NCBI GenBank assembly: GCA_050084985.1
Contig: JBITNC010000001.1
Coordinates: 194,060,001-194,124,000, forward strand
Reading direction: 5' to 3'
DNA from: Nageia nagi
Lineage: Eukaryota; Plantae; Pinophyta
DNA length: 64,000 nucleotides
In this document: positions 1 through 12,722 of the stretch, piece by piece
Layout of the letters: every line of letters begins with the position of its first letter
How positions within the stretch are numbered: position 1 is the first letter of the stretch
Notes under the pieces: model-generated
The model's database searches: none
Seen by the model: the letters and a program-made list of their open reading frames with translations, nothing else
What the model was told of the DNA's origin: nothing
Translations under genes and position numbers: made by a program

Positions 1-1600
1 TAACAATTTTATAGAGATTAATATGGTATTTTTTATTTTCATACACAAGGGATTATTGTCTTCCTTTTTTGAGTATCTAGTCCTTAACACTTAGCTATTT
101 TCTTAACTTGTTATATTCCTTCAATTCTATCTTGTGCTATCATTGGCAATGCATTCTCCAAGGGTGACGTTGGTATGACTACTTGAATAGCTTCTCTTGT
201 ATTTTCTAATAAATGTTTAGAATGTTGACCTTCTTTGAAGGTTGTCAATCATTGTCTAGGTTTGAATACTTTAAAAACTCTTATGTTATCATTCATATCA
301 TGAATGATGTTCAATAGTATGGATGAGAGAAACCACTCTCTATGAGGCATTAATATCATATTTTCCCTATTGTACTTTAGAATTTATGTACATCTAATGT
401 CATTTTCTTCTTGATTCCATTCAAGAATGGGTTGCATAGCTTAGCAAGTACTCTATCTACTTCTTATTCTTGTATTTTTGCTCATCTGTGTGAGTGCAAT
501 GGATAGGTTGCTTTTTTTGGATCTAAAATAATCTTGTCTTGGTTATATAATCATTTTTAACTTTTTGAAGAAACCATGTATAATACTTTATCTTTTTAGG
601 TGTACTCAAGTTTGCAATAGCTTGATCATCTACTGAATGAAGGAATTTTGTATTAGTTTTGTTATCTTCTTTTGACCAACCTGGACAAGGTGTATCAACC
701 TCTACTAGAAGTTTATTTATTTCTTCATATTTTTTAGTATCTTCTTGCTCACATTCATCTTCAACAAAAATATTTGTATGTTCATCAAAATCTAAAACCT
801 GTTCATCATATCTATTTTGTTCAACTTGTGTGATTGGACCATTATCATTATTTTTTAGATTTGGATTATCAACCCAAGCAAGAAAATCTTGTAATATAGT
901 TGGTTGAGTAAGTTTCTCATTGATGTTTTGATTAAATCAATAATTTCTTATTGATTTCCTTGATCCACATCTGTCATGGGAACCATTGTGGGAACAAGAA
1001 TCACTACTTCTATCTAAGGATCACATGCTAGAGTTAGCACATGCATTAATGTGGGCATCTATGATATCTTCTAAAAGTATAAATAGGTGGACATTTAGTA
1101 TAGGTGCATACCTATTTGCAAAGAATCCCAAATTTGTATTTCGAGGAATGAGAGTCATGTCATCAGGAGGTATGTTCTCCTTATACCTATTATAATGCCA
1201 TAAATTGTATTGTTTCACTAATTCTTTGTCTTCAAGTGCATAAATTACATAAGCCTTTTCTTCAATTGGTAATCCATTAAGAAGCTTGATAAACCTATGC
1301 TTATTTTCCTTGGAACTAATAACCTTCTTGAAAACTTCATCATTACTTAATCAAGCAATGATCTCTTCTTTGGTTGTAATAGGAGGTTGTTTATTTGGAG
1401 GAATATAATATCCCATATTATCTTAATTAACCCTCTAATTTACTATATTAGCTTAACTATCAAATCTATCTGCAAAACTCTCCTAATATGAAGCACTATT
1501 GGTAGCTTCTTTAGTTATCTAACCCTATACATCGATAGATGGTTGTTTGGTGCAAATTCTTTCACTTCATATTTGATCTACCTTAGGTCTACTAATTCAT
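1..1600 (-). mobile_element. Highly degenerate probable LTR-retrotransposon gag/protease remnant
   Basis: Fragmented minus-strand frames contain protease-like patches (IILDP near 525; YD..REWF near 345-365). There is no intact ORF. Confidence 0.3.
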
Positions 1601-4333
1601 TTTCTTTTTGGAGTTTTCTTGGCTATAGGGTTAGTATTAACATGTGCATTTTTATTGCAAGTAACAAAAATACATTAGGAATATAGTGTGTAAAAAAAAT
1701 CCTTAATAGATTTGACATTACAATAGAATTGTAGGTTTGAACGAAACTTTTATTTTAACCCTAATTAAGAGAAAGAAATCTAGTGAAATATAAATACTTG
1801 TGTGTCCTTACTTATGTTGAATTGTAGGTTTGAACGAAACATTACAATTGATATGTGTTTTGGTATCACCTAGGGTTTTACTTTAAATGAACTAAATACA
1901 TATAAACATTTATCATATGATTTATCTAAGCTAATTAACTCAAATAAACATACATGGATAAGGGAATATAATAGTGTAGTAATAGAATAATGAAATTACA
2001 TTAATGTCAAGATGTAAAATGAGCTACATATACCAAAGAGAAAGAAATCTAGTGAAATATAAATACTTGTGTGTCCTTACTTATGTTGAGAACAAGGATA
2101 TGATAGAAAAAATTATCGAAGAGTAGTGACTTTATTGTGCAAACCCCAAGGCCAACTATAGAAGAAACACTAGTGTGGGTGCTAATCCCTGAGAGCTTAG
2201 GATGGACATGAACGTTAGCATGAATGCAAATGTTCCTAAGGAATGAGGCTTTCCAACAAGGATTAACAATAGAAAAAATTATGATAAACTGAATCAAACA
2301 TATGATCATGGATTTGGATAGTAGATATTCGCTCGAGTGATAATTAGATTCTAGTCTCAATAGGTAGCATTTGGAAACACCCAATTGTAGGGTACCGATT
2401 ATCGAGATGTAATCTTGACATGCTTTCACTAGGTTAGAGATACTTACATATATATCAGGCATGATTCCCCATTTGAACCTTTGAATATTGGTTGAAGTCA
2501 TCTCGATGTACCTAACATAAGAACACAACCTAATAAATATGTGATAATAAGGTAAAATATGAGTAATATATGATTAAATGTGTGTATAACGTTGCACCTA
2601 AGTGGGACCATGTTAAAGGGACCACTTTTAAGTATCAACTGGAGGAATATTGCTATTGGTTGATAGGTGTGTAGGAGTATCGATATAAGAAGAAGGGTTC
2701 CCCACTTCATGACATAGTGTATCTATCCCCAGATGAGGAAAATAGTACTCGATGGTTTTGGCTCTTCATAATTGTTCTTATCAATATTATTCTATATATC
2801 AACAAGAACCATTAGTGTTTTCATACTGGTTTTATTCCCATTGTTCATAGTATTTATCTTTATGGAGAGTGTTATGCATGGGCTCCATGTATTTTGATGT
2901 GGATATACTAATATCTTCATAACTATGTATCTATGAAGAAGGAAGGAATATCATGGCCCATTCCTAATATCACTCTTATTACATCAATATCTAAATGGTG
3001 ATAGTGTACTAATTGATGAACATAGTAATTCATCAAAACAATGAGGTGTGAGTAGGGACATACACATCTACTTCTAATCACCAACTATCTTAATTGGGGA
3101 CATACACTTATAATAAACATTCCATCACCAAATGATCAAGGATAGGAACATTATCATATTTATCTAATATCAAGGATGTAAAGAGGAAGCTTATCATATT
3201 TGTTTACAACCATAATAAAACAATAATGGTTAGGGATCAAGAACATCCAATCAAAAAAATTGATTAGGGAATAAGCACATCCATTCAACTTATAATCCTT
3301 GTGACATACCCATATAGTAGCATACATATCTGAAGGAATTAAACCTTAAAGAACACAATCTTAAACTACCAAGATCATATGAAAGCTCACTGAAACATCA
3401 ATTTACTCAAAGCATAAAAATTTCACAAATTGATACAAGATATAAAGTGGTTTCTCCAACTAGAAGTACATCCATTATCTAAAATCTTTCTTCATTCATA
3501 AAGACAACTCTCTTACAAGATCTTTTTTGACATCTAATCACTATCTTAGAGCATAATTTTGCTTCACAAATTTATGGGTAATCTCAAATAGAGAGTATTC
3601 TATTTATAGGCTAAAATCTCCCTTTAGATCACCCTTTTAGCCATTTTACAAATGCATGTCATGCTTCACCCTTTTACCTAAAGGGCATGCTCATGCTAGG
3701 ATGGCCAATCATTTGCTCAAAAAATTATACAAGTTTCTTATGCAGAGCAAATTTACCATAAAGGTGTACAACAAAATCAACATTATATAGCATAAAATCC
3801 TCCTAAAAATGAAGTTATCATCACAAACATAAATTTAACATAAGAATTCAAACTTCACACCCCCTTGAGGGAAACTTCACCAACCTTATAGAATCCTTAA
3901 GCTAATAAACTAAGCTTCAATAAAGAGTTTGGTGAACAATCAATGGAGTTCAAGGTGGATGAATAATACTCCAAGTGAATGATGTCACCTAGAACTTTCT
4001 TCCTGATGAAATGGACTTGGATTTCTACATGTTTTATTCTCTAATAAAACATAGGATTCTTAGCCAAAGAAATAGTTGATTGATTATCTAAAGAGAAATA
4101 GTAGACTACTTCTTGGAAGCCTAAGAGATAGCACTTGAACCAATGTTGAACACATATGCAAAGATTGATTTCTCATCATTTTTATCTCCTCCATAGTCAA
4201 AATCTGAGAACCCTAAGAAAAAAATAAAAGTAACTTGGAATACTTGAGAGTAAGATCCCTTATCCCTGCAACATACCTCAAGATTTGCTTAACAGTATAG
4301 AGGTGCTAAACATATGGTTTTATATGAATTGAG

Positions 4334-4822
4334 TGAAGGAATTAGATCTAAACTAATTCTCAAGGTCCAAGACTATAGGAAACTTAATCATTCAACATCT
4401 ACAAGCTAATAACACCATTCACACAAGATAACACCAATATAAGTGGTTCCTCCCTCCTTAGGAGTACATCCACAACTAGATCTCAATTCTCAAACTATGC
4501 ACCCTCTTACTACAATTCCTTTCTCTTCTACATAAACTAGTAGAGTAATCTTACTCATAATCTAAGTGATATTACAAGAGAAGAGGCCCTCTATTTATAG
4601 CATGAGAGCACCTCTCTAACCTCCCTTTAACCCAAGGGTAAGGTTAGGGTTACAATAAATATATTACCTAACTTTAACCTACCAACTAACCACTTGGTAA
4701 GGTCAAAGTTTACATAATAAAGAATTCAATTAATCCCTTAAGGTATCTAAATATCCTTTAAGTGATTAATTGAATTTATAAGAAGTTTAGATATTCATAA
4801 TATTTTATTACAAATTCTAACA
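4334..4822 (-). repeat. Element A 3' LTR
   Basis: Direct repeat of 12723-13211 with about 14 substitutions by eye, all transitions. It is adjacent to the PPT AGGGGGAG (4823-4830). Confidence 0.97.
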
Positions 4823-5410
4823 CTCCCCCTTAATGCAATATTGGGATAGAGCATAGAAGAGAGAAGAGAGAGAGTAAGAGAGAGTTCTCCTCCATAGATA
4901 TACAAGCGGAGATGAGAACATTTACATATTTGAGAATCTTTTTGAGAACTAGTTTGAGACTCACTACATTACTATTTGACAAAATAGTTTACAATACAAT
5001 CATTAACCACAACTAGTTTCATTGTACATAGTAGTTGATCAACTTTAAGCTGACATGTGAGTCTCCATGAGTTTGCTTACACAAGGTGAGTAACCTGCAT
5101 TTCTGAAGAAGATCCTGCATGCTAAAAGCAACTCATGAATAAAATCAGTTAGATGCATCATATATTCATTTTATTAATAAGAGAATCAAATAATGCCATC
5201 TTATAAATAACTGATCAATGGTGCACTATAATTCATCACGGAGATGTCAAGCCATCACTCATAGTCACCTGTTGTATATAGACATGTGTTGATTATTAAT
5301 AGAGCATAACATATAGATGATTGTATAATACCTAAAGACACATATTAGATCTTTTCAAATGAATACTTGAATAATGAAACTGATTGATCAATTATATGCT
5401 CAAAAAATTG

Positions 5411-5690
5411 TACAAGTTTCTCACGCAGAGCAAACTTACCACGGAGGTATAGAATGTACAACAAGTTTCTCACGCAGAGCAAACTTACCACGGAGGTATA
5501 AAATGTACAAGTTTCTTACGTAGAGCAAACTTACCACGGAGGTATAAAATGTACAAGTTTCTCACGCAGAGCAAACTTACCACGTAGGTATAAAATGTAC
5601 AACAAGTTTCTCATGTAGAGCAAACTTACCATAGAGGTATAAAATGTACAATAAGTTTCTCATGCAGAGCAAACTTACCACGGAGGTATA
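5411..5690. repeat. Tandem array, 6 x 46-49 bp, in the 3' UTR of element A
   Basis: Unit tacaagtttctcacgcagagcaaacttaccacggaggtataaaatg; element B has only one copy (about 3728-3770). Confidence 0.93.
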
Positions 5691-5761
5691 TCATAATCAA
5701 CACTATATAACAACAAAAAAAAGAGCCTCTTAGAGGTGAAGTTGTCATCACTAATAAAAGT

Positions 5762-8700
5762 TCAAACTTCACTCCCCCTTAAGGGCAACTTCACCAACCC
5801 GAGAGAATCCCTAAGCTTGCTGAACTGAGTTTCAGGAAGGGGCTTGGTGAATAAATCAGCAGAGTTTATAGTAGATGGACAATACTCCAAGTGTATGATG
5901 TCATCTAGAACCTTCTCCCTGATAAAATGGGCTTGGATTTCCACATGTTTGGTTCTCTGATGGAACACAGGATTCTTAGCCAAAGAGATAACCGATTGAT
6001 TGTCTGAAGAAATAAGAGATGGGCCATTTTGCTCATACCCAATTTTGTTTAAAACGATGCCTCAGCCAAATAGCTTCTTGGGCAGTAATAGACATGGCTC
6101 GATATTTGGCTTCGATGGTAGAAAGAGTCATAGTAGGTTGCTTCTTGGAAGCCCAAGAGATAGCACCTGAACCAATGCTGAACACATATGTAGAGGTTGA
6201 TTTTCTATCATCTCTATCTCCCTCATAATCAAAATCTGAGAACCCGAAGAGAACAATCGAGGGCACTTTGGAATACTTGAGAGTAAAATCCTTTGTCCCT
6301 TCCACATACCTCAAGATTTACTTAACAGCATTGAGGTGCTCAACATATGGTTTTTGCATGAATCGTGCCATCAGATTCATTGCAAAGGCAATATCAAGTT
6401 GAGAGATAGTCAGATACAGAAGACTACCAATCGATTGCCTATAAGTTGCAGCATCAGCCAACTGAGAATCTAAGCACAGAGATACAACGATTCCAAGAGA
6501 AATAAGTATTACAGCATATCTACACTCCATTCCAAACTTTTGCAAGATGTCTGATATATACTTTCGTTTGACTAAGATAAGTATAATCTTTATGTTGGTA
6601 TACTTGCATCCTAAGATAGTAATGCAATAGACTTAGATCAGTCATATCAAATGTTGCCTTCAGTTTGGATATGCACTCTTGGATGATTTCAATATTATTG
6701 CCAGTTATGAGAAGATCATCCATATAAAGGAGAATTAAGACCACGTCTTTTCCTTGATTAAGTACATAGAGATCTGAGTCAGAGAAGCATTTGAAAAAAT
6801 CAATATCTGCAAAGAATCCTAAAATTTTCTTGTACCATGCTCTAGGTGCTTGCTTAAGTCCATACAAAGACTTCTTTAGCTTGCACACAAAAGACTTTTT
6901 ACCTTCTAGAATAAATCCTTTTGGTTGATTCATGTAGATTTCTACATCCAAGTCACCATTGAGAAATGCACTCTTGACATCAAGTTGAAAAACTTTCCAT
7001 CCTTGAGCTGTAGAAAGAGTAAGGATTATCCTGACAGTAGGCATTTTGGCCACAGGAGCAAAGGTTTTCTCATAATCAATACCATATTTCTGAGCGAATC
7101 CTTTGGCCACTAACCTTGCTTTGTATTTTTCAATTTCTCCATCAAAATTGTACTTGACCTTGTATATCTATTTATTTCCAATCACATTTTTCTCATTAAG
7201 ATAAAGAACCAAATCCTAAGTTTCATTTTTCATGAGCACCTCATACTCAACTTTCATAGCTTCCATCCAACACTCTTGCTTGGAAGCTTCTTTGAAGGTT
7301 GATGGCTTATTCGTATTATCAATTTTGGTAAATAAAGATTTATTCAAGGTCATACTCCTTGTAATTCTCTGAGCTAAAGAATTTAGCTCTTATGGTGACT
7401 TTCTTACATTATCATCCAACCAGTTAGGTGCAAGCGAAGAATCATCTGAATCAGACATCTCAGCACAAGAAGTCATATCCTCAGGAAGTTCATTGAACTT
7501 GACATCCCTAGAAATAAAGACTATTTTATGGGATGAGGAGTAGAGCCTGTAACCTCTATGCTGATTATCATACCCCACAAAGATGCATTTTTTTAATCTT
7601 TTATCTAACTTCTTTCTTTTCTCTAAAGTAATAAAGGTAAATGCATCACAACCAAAGACCCTGAAGTGTGAGATGTTAGGTTTCTTTCCTGTCCATGCTT
7701 CATACAGAGTTTTTCCTTCAACTGCTTTAGTAAGACACCTATTTAGGGTGTGAATAGCAGTGTGAATAGCTTCTCCCCATAAGAAACTAGGAAGGTTACC
7801 CAACATGCACCTTGCCATTTCCATAATGGTTCGATTCTTCCTTTCAGCAACTCCATTTTGTTGAGGGATGTAAGGGATTGTGAATTGCCACTTGATCCCA
7901 TGTTTAACATAATAGTCGTTAAACTCATTGCTATTATACTCACCCCCATTATCAGATATCAACATCTTGATCTTAAAATTAGTTTGATTTTCAATAAGAG
8001 CCTTGAAGTCTTTAAACCTGTCAAAAGTTTGATCATTGTGCTCAAGTAGATAACCAAATGTCATCCTGTTGAATTCATCAATGAAGGTCAAAACATAAGA
8101 AGCTCCTCCTAGAGACTTAGTCTGAAACGAACACATCAAATCTGAATGCACAAGCTGAAGAGGATGAGTAGCCCGAGTTGCCTTATCTTTTTCAAACTTT
8201 TGCCTATTCATCTTTCCTAGAATGCACCTTTCACAGAGACTAATTGTGGGTGAAATATTAGGTAAACCTTCCACAAGTTCTTGATTTTTCATATCTTGAA
8301 TACTCTTGTAGTTAAGGTGCCCTAATCGTTGATGTCAAATATTACCCTTTGAACAAACATTTGCAGTAAGACACATCTTTGAAGGAACTTGATCCACAAT
8401 ATAAAGGTCATCCTTTACTGATCCTTTTATCAAGGTGGCAAGTCCTTTCTTAACACACCAGGAGTGTGAGGTAAACTCAAATGAGTATCCTTTCCTTGTA
8501 ATCTGAATTACGAAGATAAGATTCATCCTTAGTTTAGGCACATAAAAGACATTATCAAAAACCTTTCCATGAATCTTCATACTCCCTATTCCTTGAACAT
8601 CAAGGATTGAATTATCACCTATCATAACTGCATCCTTCTTGTACTTATGAAAGTTTTCAAACTTATCCTTTTCATAACACATGTGATTAGTGCATCCTGA

Positions 8701-9678
8701 ATCAACAATCCAATCATTTGAAATAGTTTGAGTCACTAAGTAGTAGGCAACAGTAGCAGCATGCTTAGTCTTCTTTTTATTATTGAAATTTTTCATATTT
8801 GCATTTCCCTTACCTTTTTGAGCAAATTTCTTTTTACAACAATCATACTCTTTGTGCCCAAAGATGCCACAAAAGTTATAATTTCTATCAAACTTTTTCT
8901 TAGGTGTTGGATTGCTTAATCTAGCTTTGTCATTCCTTTGCTTGAAGTTGCCATTATTATTGCCCTTTTTCTCATACTTCCTGAAGGTAGATGAGGATTT
9001 GTTATCTTTGAATTTATAATGTTTGAACTTCTTCTTGAAAGGAGTTTTGGTTGCTCTTAGAGCAATGCTTTTGTCCTTTGGAGAAAAGTTCAACATTTTC
9101 TTATTCAAAGTTTTCTCATGCTTCAGAAGGAGTCTAGAAAGGTTATCAAGAGAGATGACATCTTCTTCATCATCGAGCCTAGTTTCTATAACCGTGATAA
9201 AGTTACTAAACTTTGTAAAAAGGCTTTGAAGAATGATGAAGACCATGAACTCATTATTGATCTAGTTGCACCCACAGCCAACCAGTTGTGTCCTGAGGTC
9301 AATGATTTTGGTCAAGTAAATAGAAGCACTTTCATCTTCATCTTGACGATATTACAATAACTTTTGTAAAATAGTGAACCTCCTTGAAAATTTTGACCCA
9401 AAGTAAATTTTCTTCAACCTATCCCAAGCTTCCTTTGCTGATGTTGAAGAAGAGATCATGAGAAGTACATCATCTGAAACTGCACAATAAATCATTGAAG
9501 TTGTTAACTCATTCTTTGAGTTGTAGATTTCAAGAGCCTTCTCATCTGTAGGAGCGACCAAGTCTTCATTAACTATCTACCATAGCTTCCTTGCTTGTAA
9601 CTCAACTTTCATACAAGGTTCCCATATGCCGAAGTTGGAACCACCGAGTATATGCTTGGGTATAAAGGTTTCAACCAT
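5762..9678 (-). pseudogene. copia A gag-pol pseudogene
   Basis: Starts MVETFIPKHILGGSNFGIW. Contains a degenerate zinc knuckle (NFCGIFGHKEYDC), protease WIVDSGCTNHM, integrase (SDNGGEY, QQNGVAERKN), RT (QLDVKSAFLNG, YMDD) and RNase H (KNPVFHQRTKH, ADLFTKPL). Several in-frame stops and a frameshift are present. Confidence 0.95.
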
Positions 9679-11494
9679 TGCTACATAAAAGTAAATAAGC
9701 AAGAAGAATGAATAAATTTTTACAATTTACCATCTATACAAATCAAACATTGATAAGTAAACATGTCCCACATGTGCAAACTTATAAACCAAGATCTGTA
9801 GAAGGATAAAGTTGAGGTTATTTTCTTGTATAGAATTAGGCCTTCACCTGGATGCCCGCAAAGTGGAGCCCAAGTACTACCAGTCCTCAACCAGTTCACC
9901 TTGGTCAGTAATATACTCTCTCAAGAAGTACCAACTATTTTCTAAGGATTCGACGTATCTTGGATCGGCCATTTTAATTATCTTGTTTAAAGTTTTTACG
10001 TGTTCCTCCTAGGTTATCAGGATAATCCCTAAATAGACGTGCGGATATGTGGTATCACTACACACATGCCTATCCACCTAATAGAGTTATGTCCAATCCA
10101 ACAGAGGTCTTAGGGGTAATTAAGATGGATTTACCATCACTTGGTTCTTCAGACTAAAAAGGCTTCAGTCTACCCTATCCTCGCCTCGTGGCTCTCCAAA
10201 CAAGTCATGTTGTGGAAAAGTACGTGCGGATGTGTTCATTTTAGGGGTTACTTTCAATATTTTGCATTTTGCAAGTATAAAGTAATTATGCAAAAATATA
10301 AAGTAAAGTATTAAAAAAATACATCATCCATAAGAACTTGAAATATAAGAGTCCAATGGGTTTTGTACTAACCCCTAAAGGATATTTTTACATTTTGCAT
10401 ACTTGCTTAAGTTCATAAATTCATTCAACACTTTAATGAATTTAAAAGGCTAAATCCTACTTAGCATTAATCCATAACTTAAAAAATTAAGTAATAAACA
10501 TGCATCATTTAAAAATGCATAATTTAACTTAAAAATTTTAAGTACTAAGCATGCTTTATTCCTGCATAAGATTAAGAGGCATGCATTACAAATTTAGCAT
10601 GCAAGATCTAGATAAAATTTTAAGTAAAAAAAACTATACAAATTCTCCCTTTTTTACTTAAAGTTTTATCCCTAAAACTTGTATGCTAAAAAAAATTGTC
10701 TTTTAAGTATGCATTTATATTTTAAGTAAAAAATTTTCCTTGTTTACTTAAAAAAATAGCATAGGTTTCCCTTTTAGGAAACATGAAATCATTAAAAAAT
10801 ACATAGGTAAAAAAAAATCCCTTAAAATGTTAATGTTACATTAATATTTATCATTTTACCTAAGTAAATTGCCAAACTTAAAAGTATTTAAGGCAAATAA
10901 AAAATATATACTCCTAAAGAATTAACTTTATTTGCCATATTTTTTTAAAAAATTGGATAGCATTGAAGAGTAATGATGTATCTACTTACTTTAAAGTATT
11001 ATAGTCATCATCACAATGCTTAAAGTTGGAGTATAAGTACTTCTAAGTGCATTTAATAAGAATAAATGACTTGTAAGCAAGCAAAAAATATTAAATGCCT
11101 AAAAAGTATACATTTGCTTCTAGAAAGCTTGCAAGTATTAATGAAAAAAAAGAAAGGAGACCTATGCATAGTTAATGCTCCTTTTACCTCAAGCACTCCA
11201 AGTCAAAAAAAATAAATGCTTTTAAGTAAAAAAATGGCTACCCTTCCCTTACCAAGAAGGAGTAAACGTTGCTTTGCATGCGCATTTAAGAATATGCAAG
11301 TAGTCAGTCAACAAAAAATTAAATGCACAAAGAAGAAAGGGCCTCCATCTTAAAAAAAAATGGGAGAAGATCACGCAACATGGAGGTCAAGAGAAGGTTT
11401 TGCTACCAATTTTGTTGCATCATGAATCTGAGAGGTAGAGGCTGACAATAGGGTAGAGGCTGGTAGTAGGGCTGAGAAGAGTGCGTAGAGAATA

Positions 11495-11677
11495 GTGTGT
11501 ATGTGTCTTTGTCGTAAGCAAAATGTGCATTGCGTGCTTCAACCACCCGTTTAGACAGAGTTGTGAGAGAGCAACATTCATATCATTTTGGTATGAGATT
11601 GAATGGCCGTGAAAATGCGCGCAACAAAAGACCATGGCCTTGGAGAGCGAAGGAGGTGAAGGTGGCCTTACGGCCAT
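11495..11677 (-). pseudogene. Possible captured 5' fragment of a PLS-class PPR gene
   Basis: SQLCLNGWLKHAMHILLTT resembles the LC..GRLKEALHILLTT-type N-terminal motif of plant PPR proteins. The match is short. Confidence 0.35.
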
Positions 11678-11721
11678 CTATTTCTACCCCTGTTAATATT
11701 AGAGGTCACGAGAGAAGGTGC

Positions 11722-12015
11722 ACGCAGAAAAAATCAGAAATCTACACATATGAAGCTCCCTGGCAAATTTGGAGCTCTCCATTTCATAAGCAATTTTGCC
11801 TTGGGATAGGTAGTTTCCTTGAGGAGATCAACAACAAGGTACAGATCATAGAGCTAGATGAGGAATCTGGGGAACTCAAGAGTGATCCTAAATTAGTGTT
11901 TGACCATCCATACCCCACCACCAAGTTCATGTTCGTGCCGAATAAGGATTGCCAGAAGCCTGACCTTGTGGCCACCACCGGGGACTACCTAAGAATTTGG
12001 CAGATGGGTCCATGA
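11722..12015 (+). pseudogene. Captured 5' fragment of a LWD/AN11/TTG1 (DCAF7-family) WD40 gene
   Basis: QKKSEIYTYEAPWQI...IGSFLEEINNKVQIIELDEESGELKSDPKLVFDHPYPTTKFMFVPNKDCQKPDLVATTGDYLRIW matches the conserved N-terminus of this family. It is truncated after the first WD repeat and lies inside element A, antisense to it. Confidence 0.9.
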
Positions 12016-12708
12016 GAAGGTGCGCGCAGAGGGCTACGGTGGCGGCAAGGACGACCGAGCGACGAAGGCTGCAGGGGTAGCAACGGGCAACCATTGCAGT
12101 CCATAGACTACATTTCAATGAGGCATTCTATCAAACAATTCACAAACCCTTTCAATGTATCTGATTCTAAAATTGCACTTGAATTATGTGACATTTCATG
12201 TCCATTTATTTCTAGCAAAATTGTACATTAGTTTATGCAAGGAAAAAATAACAAAAAAATATTAACCTTTTAAGGTTTGTAAACTTCTGTTAACATATTT
12301 CACTTGACATACCAAATTTTTTTTTTTAAAAGTTATTAATCAATGCTACTAACAAACAAAATGTTAGTAAAAATAATTGCATTACATAGTATCCTCTTAA
12401 AAGGTATATCATGTATTAAGCATTTTGTAAAAAAAATGCTACTAACATAAGAGGTTAGTATAGGAAAAAAAATTGCTTGCATTACCATTTTGATCATATT
12501 TTGCAAAAAATAAGCTCCAATATCTCATAAAATATGTTAGTATCTAATGCAATAATCCATAAGATAACCAAAGGAGGAGGAAATTTATACCTTCTCTTAG
12601 TTTTACCTCACCAATGGGGTGTGAGATGAGGAATGAAGAAGGATCACTAAGATGTAGCTTCCACACCAAAAAGAAAAGCTTTCACACCAAGAAGAGCTTT
12701 CACACTAA

Positions 12709-12720
12709 GCTCTGATACCA
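12709..12720 (-). promoter_or_regulatory. Primer-binding site (tRNA-iMet) of element A
   Basis: Minus strand TGGTATCAGAGC, 2 nt from the LTR end. Confidence 0.95.
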
Positions 12721-12722
12721 AT

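Noticed and set aside
2049-2710. 159-aa and 70-aa ORFs
   Set aside because: No domain similarity; the region looks like LTR or leader-type repeat DNA.
6019-9360. Plus-strand ORFs over copia pol (also those over the gypsy protease and LTRs at 23.0-28.5 kb)
   Set aside because: They are antisense shadows of TE coding frames or chance ORFs in LTR sequence.
11530-12015. Functional full-length WD40 gene
   Set aside because: It has a non-ATG start and an unrelated N-terminal third, appears to lack about 4 residues after EAPWQI, stops after the first WD repeat and lies inside an LTR element.
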